DNA of 64,000 bases from the sequence record PZ452579.1. One strand, written 5' to 3'. The stretch's first letter is position 1. Every line of letters begins with the position of its first letter. The notes beneath the pieces are model-generated. The model made no database searches. It worked only from the letters and a program-made list of their open reading frames with translations, and was not told where the DNA came from. The position numbers and the translations under genes are program-made. The stretch comes from a phage. Of this stretch, positions 56,526 to 64,000 are shown in pieces.

Positions 56526-56807
56526 CTATTTTTCTGAAGCGCCTGAAATATATTTTTCAAGTCGTTGCTTCATTAGCGAGCCGTTCTTAGCGATTTCTTC
56601 CGGTTTATCGCACATACGTAACAAGGCTTCAAGCTTAGCGATATCGCTGGTACGTTCAAATTTGCGAGTATCTATCTTACTAGCAAGTTCAGAAATACGT
56701 GCTAATAGACTTTCGGCTTCAACCAAAGCTGCACCTAGCTTAGTTGCAAATGTGTCAGTAGCTTCGTTAAGAATAGATTCTGATAAAAATTCACTATATG
56801 TTTTCAT
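56526..56807 (-). CDS. Internal head protein (IP) with capsid targeting sequence
   Basis: [10 protein letters not shown] from ATG at 56807; its ATG overlaps the e stop codon (ATGA). Confidence 0.65.
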   Translation of the reverse strand: MKTYSEFLSESILNEATDTFATKLGAALVEAESLLARISELASKIDTRKFERTSDIAKLEALLRMCDKPEEIAKNGSLMKQRLEKYISGASEK

Positions 56808-57292
56808 ATATACGCTTTCCAAGTTCCTGTTTTAAATGTTGAGATTACGCGTTTCGCGCGATTAGGTGTCTGACGATACCATTTAGATTGGGCTAGATTT
56901 ACTGCCGCCTCGTCCCAACGTTTCTGTTGAAGCATACGAAGAGAATTAGTAAAACCGGCGACGCCTGCTACACCCATTTGGAAGACCATATTGACCAATG
57001 CACATCGACGAACCGCATCTAAAGAATCATATACCGGTTTAAGTTTAGCATTACCCAAGATTCCGCGAACGGCTTTATCAACGTCTTCATTAAATAGCTT
57101 TTCAGCCTCATCAAGGGTAATTGTACCGTTGCATTTACGTCCGATCATTCTGTCAAGTTCAGCTTTAGCTACGGCTAAAGACGGGTTCTTTGTTACTAAA
57201 TGGCCTATGCCAATCGTCCAAAAGCCTTCAGTGTCTTTGTATAAAGTCAGTCTAAGACCTTCGTCATTACGAAGCATTTCAAATATATTCAT
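56804..57292 (-). CDS. e: Lysozyme (endolysin) e
   Basis: [32 protein letters not shown]... near-identical to T4 lysozyme; start at homologous Met. Confidence 0.95.
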   Translation of the reverse strand: MNIFEMLRNDEGLRLTLYKDTEGFWTIGIGHLVTKNPSLAVAKAELDRMIGRKCNGTITLDEAEKLFNEDVDKAVRGILGNAKLKPVYDSLDAVRRCALVNMVFQMGVAGVAGFTNSLRMLQQKRWDEAAVNLAQSKWYRQTPNRAKRVISTFKTGTWKAYI

Positions 57293-57296
57293 AATA

Positions 57297-57316
57297 CCTC
57301 CCACGTTTATAGGAGG
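57297..57316 (-). promoter_or_regulatory. RBS-sequestering hairpin in the lysozyme 5' UTR
   Basis: CCTCC...GGAGG inverted repeat where the GGAGG arm is the SD 4 nt before the e ATG; matches the known T4 e regulatory arrangement. Confidence 0.5.
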
Positions 57317-57326
57317 TATTTATTAC

Positions 57327-57785
57327 TTATAGGAGGGTAGTGAGCACCTTATATAATGATTTGCCCATTACATATTCCCATTGAGAAGGTTTAATTAAAG
57401 CGAATGCATCAAATTCAGGAATCTGTCGTCCGTCTGGGAATGTATGATAGGAATTACAAACACTGTTTCTGAATTGCTCGTGCTCTACAGGGATGGTATA
57501 TTGGAACAGATGAATATTCTTATTGTCTGAGTAATGATGTTCACCTAGGTCTTTCAGGAAGGCAGGGTCATATTGTGTAAACCCAGTTTCTTCTTCGCAT
57601 TCACGAATAGCGGCTTCAATAGGAGATTCGCCAGGTTCGACACGGCCTTTAGGAATATCCCACCGATGAGCTAATGCACCTTTAGGACGAGAACCAGTTA
57701 CACGCCCCATGAATAATTCTTTATCTTCGGTAAGGAAAATAATACCGGCTGATAGTTCTTTCACTTTATTTTTCTTACTCATCAT
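57327..57785 (-). CDS. nudE: Nudix hydrolase NudE
   Basis: 152 aa; Nudix box GRVEPGESPIEAAIRECEEETGF. Confidence 0.8.
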   Translation of the reverse strand: MMSKKNKVKELSAGIIFLTEDKELFMGRVTGSRPKGALAHRWDIPKGRVEPGESPIEAAIRECEEETGFTQYDPAFLKDLGEHHYSDNKNIHLFQYTIPVEHEQFRNSVCNSYHTFPDGRQIPEFDAFALIKPSQWEYVMGKSLYKVLTTLL

Positions 57786-58026
57786 CTCGGTCCCATGATT
57801 TGGCCATTAATTCGGACATAAATTCTTCAATACGCGTTTCTTTAGATGGACTTTCACTATTAGAGACCGCAAGTTTGTAATCTGCAATAGGACAGAACAT
57901 ATCAAGGTCCATATTAAGGTCGTCTTTGATTTTTTCTTCTGACACATCTTTATCGTATGTGTACAGATAACTATCACATGATTCTGATTTAATGTAAATT
58001 GCTATACTCATCTCAAATTCCTGCAT
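57775..58026 (-). CDS. Hypothetical acidic protein
   Basis: 83-aa ORF. Confidence 0.45.
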   Translation of the reverse strand: MQEFEMSIAIYIKSESCDSYLYTYDKDVSEEKIKDDLNMDLDMFCPIADYKLAVSNSESPSKETRIEEFMSELMAKSWDRDDE

Positions 58027-58487
58027 TCGGTAATAAAACGTTCAACTTCATTATTCTTGGCTTTTATCTTGTCTTTATGTTCTTGTAAACTACTTTTAAC
58101 AAGATTAATAATGATGCCTACAGCACCTCCACCAATAATACCACCAATAATACTTACGATAGTAGATGCTAATACGATAGCGATAATATCTAGTACAGCA
58201 AAGGCACTTACTTTAGTACTAAAAAACCATACCGACGGTACAAATATAATCCATCCTGTTATCCATTGACACTTATTGAAAAACTTTTCAAGCTCAGCTT
58301 GAGTTGTTCGTATTACTTCATCGATAGGTTGATATCCATTAATGTATCTGTTCACGATAATACCTGCTGGCTGGTCGATTTTAAATTCTTGGCAAATATG
58401 TTTCACTAAGTAGGATGGACATCCTGTCCAATCTACTGAATAATACGAAATACCTTCGTTGCCATCATCTATATTATTGTTAATCAT
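58008..58487 (-). CDS. Membrane protein
   Basis: 159 aa; central hydrophobic segments with glycine-zipper-like IIGGIIGGGAVGII. Confidence 0.5.
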   Translation of the reverse strand: MINNNIDDGNEGISYYSVDWTGCPSYLVKHICQEFKIDQPAGIIVNRYINGYQPIDEVIRTTQAELEKFFNKCQWITGWIIFVPSVWFFSTKVSAFAVLDIIAIVLASTIVSIIGGIIGGGAVGIIINLVKSSLQEHKDKIKAKNNEVERFITECRNLR

Positions 58488-59173
58488 TACCAGCCTTCCA
58501 TAGGGAATTCCAGATAAACTTGAGCGTTGACACGAATTTCATTGGTAATCTTTTTAACTCGGTCTGTATTACGAGATACACGCCCGAACCAACGCCATCC
58601 ATTACTAATTGCACGAGAACCAGTGTGCCATGTTTGCCAATCAAACTGAAGAAGAGTACGGTCTGGAGCTTCCCATTTCTCTAGTTCGCCTTTTTCGATT
58701 TTTTCGAGGACTTCTTTGTGCCACTGACGATAGATAAGTTCGCCATCAGGAATCTGACTGAACTCTGCAGTTCCTGTTGCAAAATGAGTAGGACACACAT
58801 CAGCGTTAACAAGACCAAGAATATGTTCAGAATGGTAACGAGGGTTGTCATAATCAGGTTGTCCTGCAGTAATAAAGTGTTGACCAACCGGAATATCCGG
58901 GCGTGGTACATCGTCATGGTGATATCCAGGAATAGCAGGGTACCAACCAGGCATCAGCATGTGGACTCGTGAATCAAATACAACCTGGTCGGTGTTCCAA
59001 TCATCCGGCAAGTTCATGATAAAGCTACGAGTAATTGGGCCGCCATTATCAAAAGCAAAATTCAAATCGCAGTTAAAGAACATAGGCTCGTTTTTAATCT
59101 GGTCGTTTTTAATCGCATGAGCAAAACCACCTACTGCACGAGCTTGACTATTAAACACTTTAGAACTATTCAT
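58487..59173 (-). CDS. Hypothetical protein
   Basis: 228-aa ORF. Confidence 0.5.
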   Translation of the reverse strand: MNSSKVFNSQARAVGGFAHAIKNDQIKNEPMFFNCDLNFAFDNGGPITRSFIMNLPDDWNTDQVVFDSRVHMLMPGWYPAIPGYHHDDVPRPDIPVGQHFITAGQPDYDNPRYHSEHILGLVNADVCPTHFATGTAEFSQIPDGELIYRQWHKEVLEKIEKGELEKWEAPDRTLLQFDWQTWHTGSRAISNGWRWFGRVSRNTDRVKKITNEIRVNAQVYLEFPMEGW

Positions 59174-59174
59174 A

Positions 59175-59480
59175 TTATTTTCCTCGACATTCTTTAATGA
59201 AATTTTCTAGATTGGTAGATTCAATAGCTTTTTTACGAGCTTCTGCGTGTTCTTCTTCAGACAATTTACGTTTATAATTGACCCAGACATTATGGTCGAA
59301 ACTAGTCGTGGCATATAATAACAAAGCTCCGACGAATAATAAAAACGGTGATAAGAATACAAAACCAGGAACACCATCCATACTGTAAGCCTTTTGTAAT
59401 ACTGCAACAGAAAGAGTTGCGTAAAAAAGTGATGCAAATATTGTTAAAAGACCAATTCGGTTGGTTTCGCCTAATTTCAT
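59175..59480 (-). CDS. Membrane protein
   Basis: 101 aa, two TM. Confidence 0.5.
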   Translation of the reverse strand: MKLGETNRIGLLTIFASLFYATLSVAVLQKAYSMDGVPGFVFLSPFLLFVGALLLYATTSFDHNVWVNYKRKLSEEEHAEARKKAIESTNLENFIKECRGK

Positions 59481-59550
59481 AATATTCTCCTCATGTTTTA
59501 ATAGGACTACTATAACATAATCCTATAATTGTGTAAACAGTTTTGCGAAA

Positions 59551-60507
59551 TTATTTGAAAGGTTTTACCATATGGAAATTTTGTTTGAAACGTTTGACGT
59601 AATCGTCATGTCCTAAGCTTTGGTACATACTTACTACTTTGCTGTAGTTTTCCCAGGCATACTCACGGAACCAACCGGAGGTGATGCTTGTACAGACTTT
59701 TTCCAATGCCATCATGAAACTGGCTTCAGGGTTAATTTTAAAGTCATTAGGAATTTGAGAACGTTCTAATGCTAGTACACATGATTCTTCGTATACACCA
59801 GCCAGTTTAATCATTTCCGGTAACGATTCGAACTTCTCGCGTGAGGTCATGACTTCAGAACCGTCTTTCATATAAAATGTATACGCTGGACGGTCTGTTA
59901 GTGCAATGGCTTCGTGAATAGTATCATGGTCATATGTATAGATGTCATCTTTAAAGAACGCACTTTTAGAAGTGTCAAGAACTGGGTGAGCATAGTTCAA
60001 GGTTTCTTTCTGGCGTTTCAGCATAATTTCAGTAAGTTCATCGTTCAGTGTAACACCTTTACCACGAAGATACTGAATATGGTTCATAGTCTTTAAAAAG
60101 AATGGATTATTTTTCTTGAAACGATGAGACATCTTAATTGCAAGACATATCTCAGGAGTTGCCCAGTAAAACCCGTTCAAACGGTCTTTAGTCAAATTTT
60201 TCTTGGCGTATTTTAAAAGGTCATAAGAAGACGTGAAATCTTCGGGAGTGAGTTCACCAACTAATTCACGGACATTAGTGATTGCCGGAACAATATATGC
60301 TTCAAAATGAGTTTCGCGTCCATTATGGAAGCATTTGAAAACTTGGACATCAGGGTTATCTTGGTGGACATATACACCCATCATTTGATTTTTGAATGCA
60401 TTCCAAGAACATTGGTCCGCAATAAAGTCCCAGTCACTATTTTTGATAGCGCTAGAATCAATAAGACCATGATAGTGAAGTGCACGAGAACCAATAACTA
60501 ACATCAT
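59551..60507 (-). CDS. Hypothetical protein
   Basis: 318-aa ORF. Confidence 0.5.
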   Translation of the reverse strand: MMLVIGSRALHYHGLIDSSAIKNSDWDFIADQCSWNAFKNQMMGVYVHQDNPDVQVFKCFHNGRETHFEAYIVPAITNVRELVGELTPEDFTSSYDLLKYAKKNLTKDRLNGFYWATPEICLAIKMSHRFKKNNPFFLKTMNHIQYLRGKGVTLNDELTEIMLKRQKETLNYAHPVLDTSKSAFFKDDIYTYDHDTIHEAIALTDRPAYTFYMKDGSEVMTSREKFESLPEMIKLAGVYEESCVLALERSQIPNDFKINPEASFMMALEKVCTSITSGWFREYAWENYSKVVSMYQSLGHDDYVKRFKQNFHMVKPFK

Positions 60508-60535
60508 AATATTTTCCTCGGATTAATTCATTAAC

Positions 60536-60787
60536 TTAAATTTCACGACATGCGATATTATATTCATCCCAGAGGTCATCATGTGAAGCCTCTACCAATG
60601 GAACGATTGTACCGTTTATGTCTTCATTATAAGGGCAAATTGTACAGTGCGCATCTTCGAATCGGATGCCTTTGTGTTCAGATTTTTTATAACGCATATC
60701 GAATATCTTTGCAAACTTTTCACGAGTAATGGTTTTAGCAACCACTTCGGTTCCAATACTTTCGTAATAAATCATTGTGGACTCCAT
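60536..60787 (-). CDS. Hypothetical Cys/His-containing small protein
   Basis: 83-aa ORF. Confidence 0.45.
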   Translation of the reverse strand: MESTMIYYESIGTEVVAKTITREKFAKIFDMRYKKSEHKGIRFEDAHCTICPYNEDINGTIVPLVEASHDDLWDEYNIACREI

Positions 60788-60837
60788 TTAATTTGATAGG
60801 ACTACTATAACATAGCCCTATCTTGTTGTAAACTGTT

Positions 60838-61035
60838 TTAGCAAGAATAACTAGATGATACCCAGCCTTGAACAGTAATACTATTATTTGATAACGAGAT
60901 TGCGTCCTGGAGATTCAGACCTGCGTTATCTTCAATCCATAATGTAACTTCTTCGCGTTCTTCTGTTGCAATTTGGAACAGGTTTTCCAGAGCAGCTACT
61001 GCCGTACGTACAGCACAATCTAATTCACGAGACAT
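60838..61035 (-). CDS. Small protein, WVSSSxxC C-terminal family (paralog 1)
   Basis: 65 aa ending QGWVSSSYSC. Confidence 0.5.
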   Translation of the reverse strand: MSRELDCAVRTAVAALENLFQIATEEREEVTLWIEDNAGLNLQDAISLSNNSITVQGWVSSSYSC

Positions 61036-61044
61036 ATGGTTTCC

Positions 61045-61317
61045 TTAGCAAGTGTGAGAAGATGCAACCCAACCGCCATCTTCAAGGCTCAAGTTGTAGT
61101 CGTATTGGTAAACGTCAGCCCATTCAGCATAGCCGTTTTTTGTACAACGTTCAAGATCGGCTTTAAGATGTCCGGGTGAATGATAGGTTCCACCCATACC
61201 ATAAGCTGGATACAAGTCGAATGTTGTGTTTTGTTTATCAGCAATTTCTTTGGCGGCCTCAATAGCTGCATAGATTTTTGCTACAGCTTCAGCCAGTTCG
61301 GTTTGTTCTTTAGACAT
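61045..61317 (-). CDS. Small protein, WVSSSxxC C-terminal family (paralog 2)
   Basis: 90 aa ending GGWVASSHTC. Confidence 0.5.
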   Translation of the reverse strand: MSKEQTELAEAVAKIYAAIEAAKEIADKQNTTFDLYPAYGMGGTYHSPGHLKADLERCTKNGYAEWADVYQYDYNLSLEDGGWVASSHTC

Positions 61318-61326
61318 AATAATTCC

Positions 61327-61632
61327 TTAGCACAACGCAGAAGACGAAACCCAAGCACCTTCAGTAATAACGTAACCATTACCTTCACGCTTAACATCGC
61401 CACCATTATTTTCAATTTCATCTTTCATCCACTGGGATACGATTTCACCCTTAGGATAATAAGTACGACCGCTACCATAATCACCTACAGAAAATGATAC
61501 GGCATATTGGTCTGCGATCTTTGTTGCTTCTTCTTCGATACGTTCAGCTTGATTCAGAAGTTTATAAATTGCATCTGAAGCGGATTTGGCATCATTAAAC
61601 TCTGGCACTTTAATTTCAATAATCTTACTCAT
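61327..61632 (-). CDS. Small protein, WVSSSxxC C-terminal family (paralog 3)
   Basis: 101 aa ending GAWVSSSALC. Confidence 0.5.
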   Translation of the reverse strand: MSKIIEIKVPEFNDAKSASDAIYKLLNQAERIEEEATKIADQYAVSFSVGDYGSGRTYYPKGEIVSQWMKDEIENNGGDVKREGNGYVITEGAWVSSSALC

Positions 61633-61730
61633 TTTCTACATTCCTTAATAAAGTTTTCGATTGTTTCATTTTCACGTTTAGCTAGGAGTTCATTATAACT
61701 AATCATTTGAGAAGCGTAAACAGCATAAAT

Positions 61731-62153
61731 TCAGTTCAGGCTTTTGCATCTTATCTCCTTAACGAATTCCATGGCTTCGTCATATTCATACTTTTTAACA
61801 GCTTCATCATACTGAGCTTGGGCTTTTGCACATTGAATTTTCCATTCGCGTACTCGAGCTCTATAATGACGTCCTTGGTACCAATATCCCACCCAATTAA
61901 TAGGCATTAATAAAAATGGCACAATAAACGACCCGGCTATAATAAGTAAAAACACTGCATCAGACGATATAACTTCACTAGAATCTAAAACAGCTCCTAT
62001 AATCATAAGGATTAAAAATGCTAAAGCTAAAATAGGGCCAAATAGTACTTCGTTTGGGATTAATTTACGTTTGTATTCGTATGCCCAGGGCTTAATTGGC
62101 ATGTACAGGGTTGGCTTTGACATATTCTCTACATTCCATAATAAATTGCTCAA
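61731..62153 (-). CDS. Membrane protein
   Basis: 140 aa, two TM. Confidence 0.5.
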   Translation of the reverse strand: MSNLLWNVENMSKPTLYMPIKPWAYEYKRKLIPNEVLFGPILALAFLILMIIGAVLDSSEVISSDAVFLLIIAGSFIVPFLLMPINWVGYWYQGRHYRARVREWKIQCAKAQAQYDEAVKKYEYDEAMEFVKEIRCKSLN

Positions 62154-62715
62154 GGATTAAATTGTTAGTGAAATTAGGACTAACAACCATAGTTTCATAA
62201 AGCGCATCAATAGCACTTAAAGCATCAACTCTTTTAAGCAAAGGCTTGCCTTCATACATAGTTTCAGAATCGATGATTAACGTAAAGTAATATTTTTTAT
62301 TATCGACTAGAACTTCTGTATCAATATAAAACATATTAGACCTCAGAAGCTTATCTCTAAAACCATAATAATCTTTAGAGCGTTCGCTGATATATTCCCA
62401 TTCAGTGTTTAAACAACAAACAGACCATGTAGGAGCAACGAAATCGGTGAATCTAATATCATGGTCTGCAACTAGTTTAGCAATAGCTCCGATATCATGA
62501 ATCATAATACCTGGGGCTAATAAAGATTTTCTGCTATGGCTAGCCGTTTTCTCAGTAGTCTCATAAGAAGACGACCAGTACCATTTACGTCCAGTTGCAA
62601 CATATCGTAATGAATCAACTAAAGACGTAGGTGGATTTACCTTATCTCGGAACTCTTCGAACATTGAGTCAATATCATTATTTTGGTTTCGCATGTTAAC
62701 TCCTTTATTATCCAA
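62092..62715 (-). CDS. Hypothetical protein
   Basis: 207-aa ORF; true start probably internal. Confidence 0.45.
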   Translation of the reverse strand: MDNKGVNMRNQNNDIDSMFEEFRDKVNPPTSLVDSLRYVATGRKWYWSSSYETTEKTASHSRKSLLAPGIMIHDIGAIAKLVADHDIRFTDFVAPTWSVCCLNTEWEYISERSKDYYGFRDKLLRSNMFYIDTEVLVDNKKYYFTLIIDSETMYEGKPLLKRVDALSAIDALYETMVVSPNFTNNLILEQFIMECREYVKANPVHAN

Positions 62716-62743
62716 AAGGAGGACCGGAGTCCTCCGTATTATT

Positions 62744-63337
62744 TTATTTCAAAGAGTTAATATATTCTTGTACATCAGCAGAAGTGGTTTCGACACCGGC
62801 TGGAGTGCCATTGAACGTTTCAACACGAGTCAGAGTGTCTTCGATATCAACCTTAGTCAGTGCAGCGATTTCAATTACATCATCAGCCGTAGAGATACCA
62901 AGGGCATTGGCTGCTCGAGTTTCACGAATGTATTCGAGTTTGATTGCCAGGTTCTGACGAGCATCGTCAAGTTCAACCACCTTACGAGCAATTTCAATTC
63001 GCATAGCGGCATACCCGTCAGCTTTTGTATTAAGTTGTTCGGCAGTTCGACGATACAGAAGACCAAGCTTAGCATGCATGGTAACATCTTGTCCTTCGGC
63101 CAGGAGCTTACGAATTTCACGTTCCTTAGAAGCGGCTTGCTTGTTCTTTTCATTAACAAGTTCGCGAATACGTTTTTCTTCATTAATAGATTTAACAGAA
63201 GCCGTTTTTAGTTCTTTGATTTGGGTAATCAACTTATCTGCAGCTGCGTTATACTGTTCTTCGACAGTCAGATTTTTAGCCATAGCAGTACCCAGTTTAG
63301 TGCGGATGAATTCAACAAGTTTCTTCAGTGTGTTCAT
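62744..63337 (-). CDS. Coiled-coil protein (possibly PspA/IM30-like)
   Basis: About 197 aa, predominantly heptad-like helical sequence; promoter cassette 63361..63405 upstream. Confidence 0.5.
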   Translation of the reverse strand: MNTLKKLVEFIRTKLGTAMAKNLTVEEQYNAAADKLITQIKELKTASVKSINEEKRIRELVNEKNKQAASKEREIRKLLAEGQDVTMHAKLGLLYRRTAEQLNTKADGYAAMRIEIARKVVELDDARQNLAIKLEYIRETRAANALGISTADDVIEIAALTKVDIEDTLTRVETFNGTPAGVETTSADVQEYINSLK

Positions 63338-63360
63338 ATTATTACCTTTCAATTGGTGGT

Positions 63361-63405
63361 TTATTATCCAACGAGAGCATTATACTCTGCTCTCAAGAGT
63401 TTGTA
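63361..63405 (-). promoter_or_regulatory. Early-promoter/inverted-repeat cassette (GAGAGC/GCTCTC type)
   Basis: Copy of 33813..33855 with compensatory arm substitution. Confidence 0.5.
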
Positions 63406-63407
63406 AA

Positions 63408-63635
63408 TTATTTTTTAATCAAATTGACATAAAACTTGGCGTCTTCGGGGTGCATGCCTTCGCAGTATTCTTCAACCATGAACTTCTTAATAGCTTCATA
63501 AGGACCACTCAGATTAAGCTCAGTTGTCCAGAACTTGGAATCTTGGGCTGAATCGATACGAACTTCAGGGTGGCGGTTGCGAATAACTTCTTCAGTGTAT
63601 TCATAATCAACGACATCAATACTAACTTTAGCCAT
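63408..63635 (-). CDS. Hypothetical small protein
   Basis: 75-aa ORF. Confidence 0.45.
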   Translation of the reverse strand: MAKVSIDVVDYEYTEEVIRNRHPEVRIDSAQDSKFWTTELNLSGPYEAIKKFMVEEYCEGMHPEDAKFYVNLIKK

Positions 63636-64000
63636 TTTGTTTTCCTCTTGATTTGATGTGATTACTATAACATAAACTTACTTAGATGTAAATTATTTCA
63701 ACGTCACCTTTAGCTGCTTTATAACCTTCAGCCCAAGATACAACAGAGTTTTTATCTGAGGATTCAAATTCAGGCATTGGACTTTCACCAATATTCACAC
63801 AATATGTTTCTTCATTTTCATCGAACCAAATAATTAAAGTAGTCATTTTGTTTACTCCTCTGTAGTTGATAAGTCTATAGTATCACCATCCTTGGTGCTT
63901 GTACATCATTATTTTTAATTTTTCCAACTTAACAACTTGTAGTGTCCTTCATTCATACGTGGTTTATCCCAAGAAATACTAATATATGATTCGCTGTCAA

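Noticed and set aside
1-64000. CRISPR arrays or long tandem repeats
   Set aside because: No regularly spaced direct repeats were seen; the only repeats are dispersed promoter/terminator cassettes and the 26-bp repeat inside the HNH gene
63915-64000. Partial minus-strand ORF at the window end
   Set aside because: Two alternative frames are open to the window edge and too little sequence is available to choose or identify either

Overview
This window is a T4-like (Tevenvirinae, T-even type) myovirus genome segment, almost entirely transcribed on the minus strand and collinear with the T4 early/replication region from dexA through the lysozyme (e) region. All protein identifications come from reading the supplied ORF translations against remembered T4/E. 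coli proteins and motifs; no database search or folding program was run. Recognised genes include dexA (partial), dda, modA/modB-like ADP-ribosyltransferases, soc, 56 (dCTPase), 61, sp, dmd, 41, 40, uvsX, a gene-42-like hydroxymethylase, 43, regA, 62, 44, 45, rpbA, 46, 47, 55, nrdH-like, nrdG, nrdD, 49, nrdC, tk, regB, a GrcA-like glycyl-radical protein, denV, four internal-protein (IP) genes, e and nudE. The main departure from T4 is that no alpha- or beta-glucosyltransferase is evident at their T4 positions. The bgt locus (uvsX-42) instead holds a P-loop kinase and a 299-aa unknown protein. The imm locus (42-43) holds a sugar-nucleotide cassette: a KdsD-like SIS isomerase, a small HAD phosphatase, a nucleotidyltransferase/kinase fusion and a 391-aa unknown protein. 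Together with the hydroxymethylase and dCTPase this predicts a non-glucose (most plausibly pentose/arabinose-type) hypermodification of 5-hmC; this is the strongest candidate for an undescribed system. Other notable items are a free-standing plus-strand HNH endonuclease with triplicated zinc-binding repeats, dispersed early-promoter/inverted-repeat cassettes (PeSL-like) with compensatory arm changes, identical terminator repeats flanking a membrane-protein gene, a macro-domain protein, and three tandem small paralogs sharing a C-terminal WVSSSxxC motif. The ORF track uses some non-ATG starts, so several start coordinates were moved to the nearest in-frame ATG. Most plus-strand ORFs in the track are antisense to the real genes and were not called. 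No tRNA, CRISPR array or intron was found.
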